NCBI GenBank assembly: GCA_023334545.1
Contig: JAADVB010000144.1
Location: forward strand, 1 to 47,988
From: Salisapilia sapeloensis CBS 127946
Lineage: Eukaryota > Protista > Oomycota
Length of the DNA: 47,988 bases
Reading direction: 5' to 3'
Shown here: one piece after another, positions 1-14,000 of the stretch
Layout of the letters: each line of letters opens with the position of its first letter
How positions within the stretch are numbered: position 1 is the first letter of the stretch
The notes under the pieces: generated by a model
What the model was told of the DNA's origin: nothing
What the model saw: only the letters and a program-made list of their open reading frames with translations
The model's database searches: none
Made by a program: the position numbers and the translations under genes

Positions 1-680
1 ACACCAAGCTAGGAATACAAAAACAAGTGATCGTTCATCTTCAAGTAAGCCATAGGGGAGCGATCTTCGAGAAGACTTCCAGACACGCCTGCTGCTCGAA
101 ATGCGCACATCTGAAAAAGCGCGCGAAACAGTCGCTTCACTTGGTGAGCTCTTCGCTTTACTTGCGCTAGTGAGCTCTTCGCTATTATATCGGAACAGGC
201 ACAGTCCAGTGGTGGACGAAATAGTTGAGTGGTATTTTCGACCCGCACTGTACCCGTCCCAGCAAAACAGCGAAAAGCTCAATGTTGCAAGTAAATCGAA
301 TGACACTTCAATCTGAAGGACTTCGGACGATCAACCACGATACGCTCGACATTGTTCCCACCAAGACATGACAGAGGAACGGCAAATACATGTGAATAGG
401 AATAGAAAGGCGGATAGCGATGTGAGAGTAGGACGAACGGCCAGAGACTTCTGCATTCAATCCTATTACAGTTCTTGCGTGTTCCTTCATATAAAGCCTA
501 ATATACCTTACAGAATATCCGGTTTTCCGCTGGACGAACGTGGTCCTAGAGCCTATACGAATTCACCTTCCTGCTCGACTCCAGTTAGACCCTACGCCTA
601 TTCAGGATACCACCAGATGGGATCCGCTGGCAGTGGTAACCTCGGAATCTTCTCGTGGTGGCAAATATATCCATATTACA
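1..680 (-). CDS. Probable 5' part of a spliced gene running off the window edge; product unknown
   Basis: A minus frame is stop-free from about 330 to position 1 (IEVSFDLLATLSFSLFCWDGYSAGRKYHST...FVFLAWC) and is preceded by a ttcag acceptor-like site. It lies head-to-head with OTC, like other pairs here. Start and upstream exons are not resolved. Confidence 0.3.
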
Positions 681-725
681 TTTCAAATCTAACCTTAAAT
701 TCAAAGTAAAATCCAAGCAACAAGC

Positions 726-1880
726 ATGGCCGTCTCTCGCTTCCTCTCGTTTGCCCGCCCGCATGCGCGATCGACGTTTACTACGCGCGCATTTTCGTCT
801 GCGAGTAGCAGCTTAGGCTCTCTACAAGGTCAGAACTTTTTGTCGACGGAGCAATTGAGCCCGGACGAGTTCAAAGGCCTCATCGCCCAGGCGCAAGCCT
901 ACAAAACTACGTACAAGGACCCGGTGCAAAAACTCACCGCGCCCAAGCCATTGATGGGAGAAGTGTGCTCTATGATCTTCCAGAAGCGTAGCACTCGCAC
1001 GCGGCTTTCGAGTGAAATTGGCATGCAAACTCTCGGTGGTCAAGCGCTGTTCCTTTCTTCGGACGACATTCAGTTGGGCGTGAATGAGTCAATGAAAGAC
1101 ACGGCGCTTGTGCTCTCTCGCATGAACAGTATCATCCTTGCTCGTGTGAATAAGCATTCTGACGTGAAAGAACTGTCGGAGCTAGCGACGGTGCCAGTGA
1201 TCAACGCACTATGTGACAAGTACCATCCATTGCAAGCGTTGGCGGATTATATGACCGTGAAAGAGCACTTTGGCTCGTTCGAAGGACTTACGATGGCGTG
1301 GGTAGGCGACGGAAATAACGTTTTGCATGATTATATGCTTGCGGCGCCGAAAGTTGGTACGGACATGAGCTAGCTTTATCGTAATTGCATCATACTTATT
1401 CATCTTTTCACGCCGGTAGGTGCGAATATCCAAATTGCTACGCCAAACGGATACAAACCGGATGAAGGAGTGTTGGCGGAAACGATGCGTCTCGCGAAGC
1501 AAGCTGGGACGTCCGTGGTCATGACGACGGACCCGATTGAAGCCGTGAAAGGTGCGAATGTGGTGGCTACGGACACGTGGGTGAGTATGGGCCAAGAGTC
1601 GGATGCTCAGCAGCGTATCGATGCTTTTGAAGGGTACCAAGTGACGAAGAAGATGCTGGAAGGAGCTGCGAACGATCACATCTTCCTCCACTGTCTTCCG
1701 CGCCACAAGGAGGAAGTAGATGATGAAGTATATTGATTCCATTTTATTTAGATTTAGGATTAGATAGACTAACGTATGCTCTAGGTCTTTTATTCGGACA
1801 AATCGCTCGTCTTTGACGAAGCAGAGAATCGTCTATGGACGGTCATGTCCGTGTACGCTGCTTTATTGGGTAAATTCTAG
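726..1880 (+). CDS. OTC: Ornithine carbamoyltransferase, mitochondrial (3 exons: 726-1356, 1420-1727, 1785-1880)
   Basis: Motifs KRSTRTR, HPLQALAD, WVGDGNNV, DTWVSMGQE, FLHCLP and EAENR. Arg/Ser-rich N-terminal presequence without acidic residues. Introns 1357-1419 and 1728-1784 are GT..AG and restore the frame; CTAAC branch site in intron 2. Confidence 0.97.
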
Positions 1881-2089
1881 GGAGAGAAAGGCCTGAAAGG
1901 AACCGAATGAAACGGCATCACATCTCATTTTAAAAAAGAGTTTCACCAAGTACTTGTTCATCATGTTAGCATGGGCGCATCCCATCCATCGACGGTCGTT
2001 TCATCCATAATTTTGATCAAAAGACCAGTCACGAATCTAGTGCGTAGGTTGCAACAGTCACATTAGACACTTGAAGAGTTGGTGACAGC

Positions 2090-5000
2090 ATGGCGGATGA
2101 TGCTCCTGCCAGTGATAAGCAGGAGGTAAATCCTCTTAAGTACATCGAGCAACGCGTTACGACGGCATTTGGTGGTGCTGGGAATGCCAAATTTGCAGCC
2201 AAATACGCGACAGAGAGCAACGAGTACGTTTCATACGATAGGACCTGTTCTCTTCATCTTTTGAACGCTTTAAATGTCACTGTAGGAACTGTCTAAAAGA
2301 GTTTATCGAGTTGGAAGATGTGATGATGCTTGTGTTTTCAGGAGATAATGTCGTGGCGTCGACCAAAATGCCATCGTCACTAGCGAAAGGGAAGACGATT
2401 AGTTTTACTAAAGTCCACAAGACACCGATAACGGCTAGTAACTTGCTTACCGACATGGTTGTGAATGAATTGACTGGGAATAATGTCGAGCATTTGGAAC
2501 GTGTCGTGGCCGAGCTATACCTTCCTCTCTTTTCCAATACGACGAATCAAGAAGGATGGGGAGAAGTTGCATCGAAGGAAGTGGTCGATAAATTCCATTC
2601 GTACATGGCAAATGTCAGTATCTTGAATGGTGCGACGAAAGGCGAGACGTGTTTACCACTTCCACCTGTGGATGGCAATGCTGCAAATTTAAGTAACAAG
2701 ATTTCGCTTTTAGAAGGATCGATCATTACGTGGACGAAACAGATTAAGAATGTGTTGAAGCAAGATCCGGAGGATTTATTAAAGCAAGGTATGCACCCGA
2801 CACCGGATAAAGAAATTGAGTTCTGGGTAACCAAAGCTGCGAATTTGAACTCGGTCTTTGACCAACTACAATCCAAAAAGGTTCGTAAGATCCTTACGGC
2901 ACTTGATCGATCCAAGAGTACATATTGTACGACGTTTGCTCGGTTATGTAAAGAAGTGTTTACTGCCCGTATTGAAGCGAATGATAATGTCAAGTACTTG
3001 CGGACGTTGGAAGAGTGGTTCATGCGTCTGAATAATGACGATGACTTCCCAGGGCTCACGGAGCTCTTTAAACCGATGCTACATATCATTCTTCTCATTT
3101 GGAAGAACTCGAAGCATTATAATACACCTGCTAGACTCGTTGTGCTCATTCGTGAAATATGCAATTCTCTTATAGAACAATCACGCAAGTACGTGAGTGG
3201 AGAGCTCATCTTCTCTCTTATTGAACAGGAAGAAGCTGGACAAGCAGTGGAACAACTCAAGACAACGTTGGAAGTCTGTAGTAACTTTAAAAGCACGTAC
3301 TTTGAATATAAGGCAACAGCAAATGCCGAGTGTCCGTCAAATCCATGGCGTATCCAAGGAAATGCTCTCTTTGCACGATTGGATTCGTTCTTAGAACGAT
3401 GCCATGACATTTTGGACTTGACACAGACGATCGTCCAGTTCAGCAAGTTGTCCAAGATTGAAGTTGGAGGTACGAAAGGCAAGTCACTTACAATGAGTGT
3501 CCAGCAGATCCACTCGGACTTTACTGACGCCGTGAACACGTTTAAAGTCGTGTCGAATGACATTATGGACGTCGGTGCTTCTCGATTTGATGATAACTTT
3601 TACGATTTTCGTTGTAAGATTAAAGAGCTTGAGCGTCGTCTGGGGTCTGTATTGACGCAAGGCTTTGACGATAGCTCGACCATCTTTGGTCGTTTCAAGC
3701 TCTTGGATTCGTTCGAAGGGCTACTTAACCGTCCGATCATTCAAGATGAACTGGAGAAGAAGCACGTTGCTCTCGTCCAAAGCTATGGACAAGACCTCAA
3801 GGTTGTGCAAGAGCTCTTTCTGCATAGTCGAGACGCACCTCCGATCAGTTGGAACCTCCCGCCTGTGGCTGGTGCACTGATGTGGTGTCGAGGCTTGATG
3901 GAACGCATTGAGCATCCGATGAAGAAGCTGAAAGAGTTGAATCAGAACGTGATGGAACGAGAGGAAGCGAAAGAAGTGTATAAAGTGTATACGACGATCA
4001 TAGCGTCGTTGCAAGAGTATGAGAATCAAAAGGTAGAAGAGTGGAGTCGAGATGTCGAGTCATCTTCCCAAGCGAAACTCAAGTTACCATTGCTCATTCG
4101 CAACAGTCAAACGAAAACGTTACGCTTAAATTTCGATCCGGCACTAGAAAAGTTGCTTCGAGAGATCAAGTACTTGCGTTTGATGAATATTGATATTCCA
4201 TTAACAGCGTTACAGATTTCAGAGAAAGAAGAGCTCTTCCGTCAGTATCGAAGTGACTTGGCATACATCGTCGGACCATACAATACGATGATTGAAGGCC
4301 TGCATCCGCTTGAAGAACCGCTTGTTCGTCGTCATATCAACGCAATTGATGCATGCGTCGGACGTGGCATTAATGACCTCAATTGGAATAGCTCTGGCAT
4401 CGAAACATTTATTGATGAGTGTCGTAAGGCAGTGGAGAATGCGAGTGAAATCGTGAGCAACTTGCAGGAGAATCTGAGCACGATCCAAGAGACGTTGAGC
4501 GCGTGGAATCACCCGCTGTTGGAACGACAGTCCAAGCCAGTCGCAGTGAATGAGCAAGAGCGACAGCATAAGAGCTATATTGTTCAACGCACTTTGAAAG
4601 TACGAGAAGGCGCGACGGAGATCCATCGTCGACTCAAGCAATCTCATACGAGCATCACTGGTGTCAATAGTGCCCAATGGAAGGGATACGTGGACTATGT
4701 GAATAACATTGTGGTATCTGGCCTCGCGCAAGCCATCAATGTCTCCCTCGAGTACCTTGCCAAACAGTTGGATCCACATGTAGGAGGCGGACACTCTGGC
4801 GAACGTGCCGCTGGTTCGAAAGGAGATCGTCTACCGATGCTTGAGATTAAGTTGGATTTAGTCGGCAAACGCGTGCAATTCAATCCGCACGTTGGTGAGA
4901 ATAACGGCAAAGGGCTGCGTGACATTGTCCAGCATTGGATCAACTCATTCTTTAGCATCGCAACGGTCGTCAAGCGCCTTGATTCGGACGAAGGTGGTAG

Positions 5001-8000
5001 TTACTTGCGAGAAATGCAGGCAGATATGGGCGTTTGTATGAACCTCGCGGTCATCAGTGACCATTTGCATGTGAACGAGAGTATGTTAGAAGAGTTCAAA
5101 TCACGATATGATAGCTATGCGTACTTGTGGGAGTCAGATATGACGACTGCATTTCAAGAGTTTCTTGAAAGTGCCAAGTATAAGACGGAGAACGAGACGG
5201 ACATGTTAGATTTGGACAAGTTCAATGCTGAAATGACCAAGTACGAACACATCGCTAGTGAAATCGATAATCTAGTCACACCTACGGACATTGGATGGCT
5301 GCGTGTCAACTCTCAGCCGATTAAAACGGCGATGCAGTCATGGGTTGGCAAGTGGATTTATCAGTACACTTTGTACCTTCATGAACACGTCGTGACGAAA
5401 CTACGTGACTTGCATGAGTTCATGGATACCGTGACGACAGGTCTAGATGAAGAGGTACATGAGAAGAATAAGGAAGCACTGATGCGTGTGATGACGCACA
5501 TACGTGACGTTCGGAAGAAGATGGAGTCTACGAATGAAGTCTTTGATCCGTTGCGAGAAACTGTTCATTTGCTTCGTAACCACGGCGTTAATGTCGAAGA
5601 CACCAAGGTCGCAGACAACTCTGTGCAAGATTACTTGGAGACAGCTCCGATGCAGTGGGAAGGTATAGTAAATAAAACGTTTAAAAAGAAGGAAGAGATC
5701 ATGCCACTCCAAATGTCTGAGGTCGAGTCGATTAAAGAGGATCTAGAGTCCTTCTACCTGGATATGCGCAAGTTTCGTAACGAGTTCCGATCGAACGCAC
5801 CGTTTGGTTTCCAAGGATCACCGGAAGAAGCGTATCATCAGATTGATGAATTTTCATCTGCTTTGAATGCAAAGATCGCTCAAGCGAAACAATTCAATGA
5901 GTTGGAAGAACTGTTTGAGCTACAAGTATCCAAGTATCAAGAGACGACGGATACGTTGTACGAGTTACAGCAAGTGAAGAAATGTTGGGATCTAAAAGAC
6001 CTTGTGCTTGGTACGTTTGAAGACTGGAAGTCAACACTCTGGACGAACATCCAGACGGATACGTTGGAGACACATGCACGTGCGTTTATGAAACAGCTCA
6101 AAATGGAAGCGAATGAGAATCAGATTATTAAACAATGGCAAGTGTATAAGGACATTGAACAGTTGGTGAAGAACATGTCGACGGTGTTGCCATTGATTAA
6201 CGACTTGCATTCTGAAGCGATGCAAGATCGACATTGGCGTGCTCTTTCGAACATTTGTAAAGTCAAAGCGATTGATCCGAAGGATCCCAAGTTCTCTTTT
6301 GCCGACTTGCTCAAGTTAAATCTACATTTGCATGTGGATGATGTCGGAGAGATCATCGAAACTGCGAATAAAGAGCAGAAGATTGAAAAGAAATTGACGA
6401 TGATTGAAGAGCTATGGCAGCGACTGACCCTAGAGTACGTTCCACATAAAGATTCTGGTACTTATGTGGTGAAACCTTCGGAAGAAGTGGTTGAGTCATT
6501 AGAAAACAATCAATTGGAGCTACAGACGATGATCGGGATGGGTAAGTTTGTCGAGTTCTTTAAAGACCGAGTCTTGGCGTCACAAAAGTCACTTGGACAT
6601 GTGGAAGAAGTATTGAAAGAGTGGGTATCTGTGTCTAAGCAATGGGCTTCATTAGAAAGTATCTTTCTCAGTTCTCCTGATATTCGGAATCAATTGCCGG
6701 ATGACACACGGACGTTCGAAACGATTGACTCAAACTTTAAAGATTTGATGAAGAATGCTATCCTAGAACCGAATGTCGTTTTATCCTGTTCCGTCGATAG
6801 TCGATTGGAAGCACTCAAGGAGATGACAGCGAACTTGGAAAAGTGTCAAAAGTCATTGAACGAGTATTTGGACAAGAAGAAGAAGATCTTCCCTCGCTTC
6901 TACTTCGTCTCGAACGTTGCTCTATTAGAGATTCTATCGAATGGTAATAATCCGAAGAAGATCATGCCGTTCTTAGGAGATTGCTATGACTCTCTCTGCA
7001 ATCTTATCTTTGAAGACGACTCTCCGAATACTGCCCATACGATGGTTGCAAAAGATAAAGAAACCGTGCGTCTACCAAAGATATTTGTTATGAGCGGAGC
7101 CGTGGAAAGTTGGCTGAACGATTTGACTGAGGCCATGCGCTATTGCATTCGAAAGGAGATGCATGACTCGATTGAGACGGCTGCGAATTGGGACGTCGAG
7201 AAACCTCGGCATCAGTGGCTCTTCGACTACCCTGCTCAAGTCGTTTTAAACGCAACGCAGATCTATTGGACGGAAGAGACCGAGTTGGCGTTGGAAGAGT
7301 TTGAAAATGGGCAGGAAGATGCTGTGAAGAGGTACCTTGGCGTATGCAACCAACGATTGGAGCATTTGATCAATCTCGTATTAGGTAGTTTGACAAACGC
7401 CGATCGATGTAAAATCATTGCACTCATTACTCTGGATGTGCATTCACGAGATGTTGTCAAGAAGTTGGTTGATGAAAAGGTAGAAGGACCACTAAGTTTC
7501 CTGTGGCAACAACAGCTCCGATTCATTTGGCGCCCTGAGAACTGGGACGTTGACATTCGAATCACAGACTTCCGATCCAAGTACTCGTATGAATGGATTG
7601 GAAATACTGGTCGTCTAGTGATCACTCCGTTAACGGACAGGTGCTATATCACGCTTACGATGGCTCTTCGACTCTTCCTCGGTGGAGCACCCGCTGGTCC
7701 GGCTGGTACAGGAAAGACGGAGACAACGAAAGACCTGGCACGTGCCATGGCGCTATGCTGCTATGTGTTCAATTGCTCCGATCAGATGAACTATCAGACC
7801 ATGGCAGATATCTTCCGAGGTCTATGTCAAACGGGTACTTGGGGCTGCTTTGATGAGTTCAATCGCATCAACATCGAAGTGTTGAGTGTCGTCGCGACAC
7901 AGGTGAAGACGATTCTAGATGCAGTTGTACTTAATGCCGTACCGGCGAATCGTGAGCCAGAGTATCAATCAATTCCAGCCGGAACGCCACCTGTCGTCGT

Positions 8001-11000
8001 CGGAGAGTTTGAGTTCATGGGCACATCGGATCGTATTACATTGATCCCGACGTGTGGTTTCTTCATTACGATGAACCCCGGATACGCCGGTCGAACGGAA
8101 CTTCCAGAGAATTTAAAAGTGCTTTTCCGATCTTGCGCGATGATTCGTCCGGATCTGCGTCCGATTTGTGAGAACATGCTCATGTCGGAAGGTTTCCAGC
8201 AAGCACGGACACTTGCCATTAAGTTCGTAACCTTATATCAGCTCAGTGGTGAGCTTCTGTCGAAGCAGTTCCATTATGACTGGGGTCTCCGAGCCGTGAA
8301 ATCCGTACTTCGAGTCGCAGGTATCTTGAAACGAGCGGAGCCTGACGTGGAGGAAGACAAGGTGCTGATGCGTGCTCTGCGTGACTTTAATACGCCTAAG
8401 ATTCCACAGCATGATACGCCGATCTTCCTACGTTTAATCAACGACTTGTTCATCGGTGTCGAAGTCGCACCGAAAGTGAATTTAGATTTACGAGAGAAAA
8501 CAGTTCAAGTGTGTAAAGAGAATAACTTGCAGCACGATGACTCATTCGTGCTCAAAGTGTGTCAGCTACAAGAGTTGATGGATGTCCGTCACTCTGTCAT
8601 GCTACTTGGTCCTGCTGGATGTGGCAAAACGACGACGTGGCAGGCGTTGGCCAAGTGCTGGAACTTGGGCCATGAAAAGAAAGTCTGCGTGTATGAAACG
8701 TTGAATCCGAAGGCAGTGACGTCGGATGAGTTGTACGGGTACATGACGTTATCCAAGGACTGGAAAGATGGCGTTCTGTCGATCATCATGCGTGGTATGT
8801 CGAAAAATTATTCGGAGCAAGGGTTCTACGAGTCTCAGTTTTACAAGTGGTCGATTTTGGATGGTGACATTGATGCCGTGTGGATTGAAAGTATGAATAC
8901 CGTGATGGATGATAATAAAGTCCTGACACTTGTGTCGAATGAACGAATTCCATTAAGTGATGCCATGCGTATGGTCTTTGAGATCAATTCGCTCAAGAAT
9001 GCGACACCTGCGACTGTATCTCGTGCCGGTATCCTGTTCATTAATGAGTTTGACATTGGATGGAGACCTTTCGTCGAGTCATGGATTGCTAAGCGAGAAG
9101 ATGAGATCGAACGAACATACTTGCCTGGACTCTTTGACAAGTACATTGATACGACGGCAGATCTTATGCGCAAGGGGTACAAGCAAGTGGCTCCAGTTCG
9201 GTTGATCAACCAAGCATCGACGATTTGCTACCTGTTGGAAGGGTTGTTTGCGACGATTCCGACGGAAAAGAAGAATCCAGAAGTGATCGAATCTCTCTTT
9301 GTCTTCTGTGCTACTTGGGCTTTCGGAGGTCCATTGATCTCGGACAAGAGTGTCGATTATCGTAAAAACTTTCACGAGTTATGGGTATCAACATTTACGA
9401 ACATCAAGTATCCAAAGGAAGGTCTTTGTTTTGACTATTTCTATAACCTCGAATCAGGTGAATTTGAAAGTTGGAATCAAAAGGTTCCGTCGTACGTGCC
9501 ATCAGCGATTGGAAATGGACCAGGTGAAACACCATTCGGATCGATTGTCATTAGCACCAATGATACAGTGCGTATGAGGTATCTAGTTGAAACGCTTGTG
9601 TCGAGACAACGACCGGCGCTACTGGTCGGTGGAAGTGGAACAGGAAAAACGACTATCCTTAAGAACTTTTTACGAGATCTGGATGAAGACATGCTGTTTT
9701 CTACGATCAACATGAACTACTATACGGACTCGTACAAGCTTCAGCAGCAGCTCGAGTCAGTGATTGACAAGCGATCAGGTCGCATGTTTGGACCACCAGC
9801 GACGAAGAAATTGATCTACTTTATTGATGATTTAAACCTTCCGTACATTGAGGAGTACGGGACACAAAACGCTTTAGCTTTGCTCCGTCAGCACATGGAC
9901 TACAGGACCTTGTTTGATCGTACGGACTTGGGTTTCCGAAAAGAGATTGTGGATGTTCAGTACCTTTCTGCGATGAATCCTACTGCTGGTTCCTTTATCA
10001 TTGACGAACGACTGCAAAGGCATTATGCGTTGTTCGCGTGTCTGATGCCAGGTGTAGAAGACTTGCGGACGATCTACGGTTCTCTCGTCAAAGGTCATCT
10101 TGAGAATAGCGGCTTTAACGCGACGATCAGTGCAAGCTACGAGTCCTTCGTCAACGCGTCGATCATGCTGCATGAAGAAATGGTAACCAAGTTCCTCCCG
10201 AGTGCTACAAAGTTCGTGTACAACTGGAACATGCGCGAGCTTTCGAACATTTTCCAAGGCTTTACACGAGCAAAAGGATCCTTCTTCCCATCAGTGCTTA
10301 GCACTGCTCGTCTTCTAGTACATGAATGCACTCGTGTGTTTTCAGATCGACTCGTGACAGAAGAGGATATTGCCAAGTTCCATGAACGTATCAAAGAGAT
10401 TTTCAAAAAAGCACTTCCAGAGGTAGATCAACCATCCCTGTTTGACGAAAAGCCTCCGAATGATGAAGCTGGTGTGTCTGTTAATATCTTCACGACCTTT
10501 GCGACACAAGTAGCGGGTGTCGATAGTGCCTACTTACCTGTCCCAAGTATGCTCAAACTGCACAAGGTGCTTGTGGAACAATTAGATGACTATAACACCA
10601 AGTACTCGATGATGAATCTCGAGCTCTTTGACAATGCTATGGAGCACGTCACACGTATCTGTCGAATCATCGGTAATCCAGGTGGGAATGCCATGCTCAT
10701 CGGTGTAGGTGGTAGTGGTAAACAGTCTCTATCTCGCTTAGCTGCCCACATCTGTGGCTTTGACGTCCGTCAACTTGCTATCACATCCAACTTCCGCATC
10801 GAAGACTTGAAAGAGAACTTGGCAGAAATGTTTAAGATTGCAGGTATCCAAGGCGTTCCTCTCGTGTTCCTGATCACGGATTCCCAGATCGTAAATGAAC
10901 GCTTCTTGGTTTATATCAACGATATGCTATCGTCTGGATGGATCCCCGACTTGTTCCCGAAAGAAGACATTGATGCACTCTTAGGCTCGTTGCGTGGAGA

Positions 11001-14000
11001 AGCCAAGGCGAACGGTGTGCCTGATGCGCCAGATGCGTTAATGGACTTTTTGCTCCTACGCATTCGTCAGAACTTCCGTATCGTCATGTGCTTCTCACCT
11101 GTGGGATCGGTCTTCCGTGTACGTGCTCGAAGGTTCCCAGGTCTTGTCAATTGTACTGTCATTGATTGGTTCCATCCATGGCCAAAGGAGGCACTTGTAC
11201 GTGTCGCCTCGAGCTTTATTGAAAAGATGGAGGACGTAGGCGATGCACCTTTGCAACAAAGTTTGGCGATGCATATGGCTGATGTTCACATCTCAGTGAC
11301 GGAGATGAGTAAAAAATACTTTGAAACCCAACGCCGGTACAATTACGTGACGCCCAAGAGTTTCTTGGAGCTCATTAGTTTCTACGAAGTCTTGTTAAAA
11401 CATAAGAAAGAGGACATTCAGCGTCAGATCAATCGTCTCGACGACGGACTGTCGACCTTACGAAAGACATCGGCGGACGTCGCTGAGTTACAAGTCGATT
11501 TGAAACATACTATGGCCAAGGTAGCAGAGAAGCAGGCTTCCACGGATGTGTTGCTGGAGCAGATTGGTCGAGAGAAAGCCGCAGCACAGATCCAGGAAGA
11601 AAATGCGAATGAAGAAAAGGTAAAGGCAGAGGCGGCGAGTGATGCAGCTGCGAAGCTTGCGGCGGAAGCAGAGACGGAACTGAGTGCTGCGAAACCTGCA
11701 ATGGATGCCGCTGCTGCTGCTGTCGATTGTCTATCCAAGGCAGCTATTACGGAATTAAAGAGTTTACCGAAGCCTCCTGCAGGTGTAGATAACGTAACGA
11801 AAGCATGTTTAATTCTAGTCGAGAAAGAGTATAAGAACCACAAGTGGGATCGAGCGAAGAAGATGATGAATAATGCAGGTGCGTTCTTAGAAGCGCTGAA
11901 AGTGTTTAAAGGAGAAGATATTCCGGAAGCAGATATTGCACGTATCGAACCGTTGATAGCTGATCCGGAATTCACGGCGGAGAAGATGACGTCAAAGAGT
12001 TTTGCTGCAGCAAACCTTTGTTCATGGGTCGTGAACATCTATACGTTCAATCGTATCTATGTACGTGTGAAGCCACTGATGGATGCACTCGAAGCGTCTA
12101 AGCAAAGCAAGGCAGAAGCCGAGGAGCAACTAGCTAAGGTCATGGCACAAGTGGCAGAAGTCCAGAAACGACTGCAAGCGTTGGCTGATACGCTTCAGGA
12201 AGCGACGGAGGAGAAGCTCAAGGTGGAAGAGATGAAGGAAGCTTGTGAGAATCGATTGATGCTAGCTGGAAAGCTTGTGAATGGTCTTGCGAGTGAAAAT
12301 GAACGATGGGGTGTTGAAATTGAACAATTGAAAAACTCTGGTGTCATGGTCGTTGGCAACTCACTTCTCGCAGCAGCGTTCGTTTCGTACATTGGTGCGT
12401 TCGACCAGTCTGTGCGAAAGGAGTTGTGGCAAGAAACGTGGTATCCGGACTTAGTTGCGAAGAATATTCCTATCACGGAAGGCATTGATCCGTTAACCAT
12501 GTTGACGAGTGAAGGGAAGAATGCCAAGATGATGAGTGAAGGCTTACCGGCCGATCGAATTTCGATTGAGAACGGAGCGATTATTACGAGTTGTAAGCGC
12601 TGGCCTTTGGTCATTGATCCACAGCTGCAAGGCATCAAGTGGCTTCGTGAGAAGGAGAAAGATCGTGGCCTTGTCGTGATGCAGTTGAATCAAAAAGACT
12701 GGTTGCGGAAGATGGAGTCGGCGATTGTGAATGGCACAGTTATCATCATTGAGAACTTGAATGAAGACATTGATGCGACACTCGACCCTGTGCTTGGTCG
12801 CGCAGTCTACAAGAAAGGATCCAACTTGTTCCTAAAACTTGCTGGTGAAGAAGTGCAGTATGATCCTAACTTTTTCATGTACTTACAGACCAAGTTATCG
12901 AATCCGCATTATAAGCCAGAAATAGCTGCGCAATGTACGCTGATTAACTTTATTGCGACAGAGAGTGGTTTGGAAGATCAGTTGCTTGAGAAAGTAGTAA
13001 AGAAGGAGCAGCCAGAGCTAGAGCAACAGAAGCAAGATCTTGTTTTAGCGTTCCAAAAGTTTAAGATTGATCTCGTTGAACTTGAAGACCAGTTGCTCGA
13101 ACGTCTTGCAAATGCACCGGATGACATTCTTAGTGATGTACCGCTGATTGAGAGTCTAGAGGAGACGAAGAAGAAGGCGACGGACATTTCGATTTCAGTG
13201 AAGAAGAATCAAGAGACGGAGATTATTATTAATAACACAAGAGAGCTATATCGACCTGTAGCAGCAGAAGGAGCGATGCTTTACTTTTTACTCACGACAC
13301 TCAGTGCTATTGATCACATGTATCGCTACAGTCTCGACTCGTTCATCACGTTCTTCTACAATGCCATCGACCGAGCTGTCGTAAGTGACGTACAAGCTGA
13401 GCGTATGCTCAACCTTCGCGAGTCACTTCGAATCACGATCTACACGTGGGTTTCTCGTGGTCTCTTCGAAGCACATAAGCTCATCTTCTTAGCTCAGCTC
13501 ACGTTTAATCTCATGAGACGAGGGATCTTGGGTGACGATTATCGTGTACAGGAAAGCTACATGCAGTTCCTCTTGCGTGGTCCGAGCAAGACACCGACGG
13601 GGGAGTTGGAAGCGAATCCGATCGAATGGCTACCGAACGCTCAATGGGTAGCTATCAACGGTCTCGCTGCCTTGGAAGAATTCCAACGCATGCCACAGGA
13701 CATCAAGGAAGCGTCTTCACGCTTCCGAGAATGGTACAATCATCCGATGCCGGAAGCGGAGAAGTTGCCGTTGGATTGGGCGGCATTGGATCGAACACCA
13801 TTCTTAAAGATGCTCGTCGTTCGCTGCATGCGTCCAGATCGTATGACTGTGACCGTGAAAGAGTTTATTCGTCAAGTTCTACCGAATGGAAGCAACTACT
13901 GCGACTGTGACTCAGCGTTGAACTCGATTCAGGTGATGGATAGCTCGTACTTGGACTCGACACCAACGACGCCACTCTACTTTATCCTCTCTCCTGGTGC

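Noticed and set aside
144-183. 14-bp direct repeat GTGAGCTCTTCGCT (two copies, 26 bp apart)
   Set aside because: Only two copies, inside a probable coding exon; not a CRISPR or satellite array.
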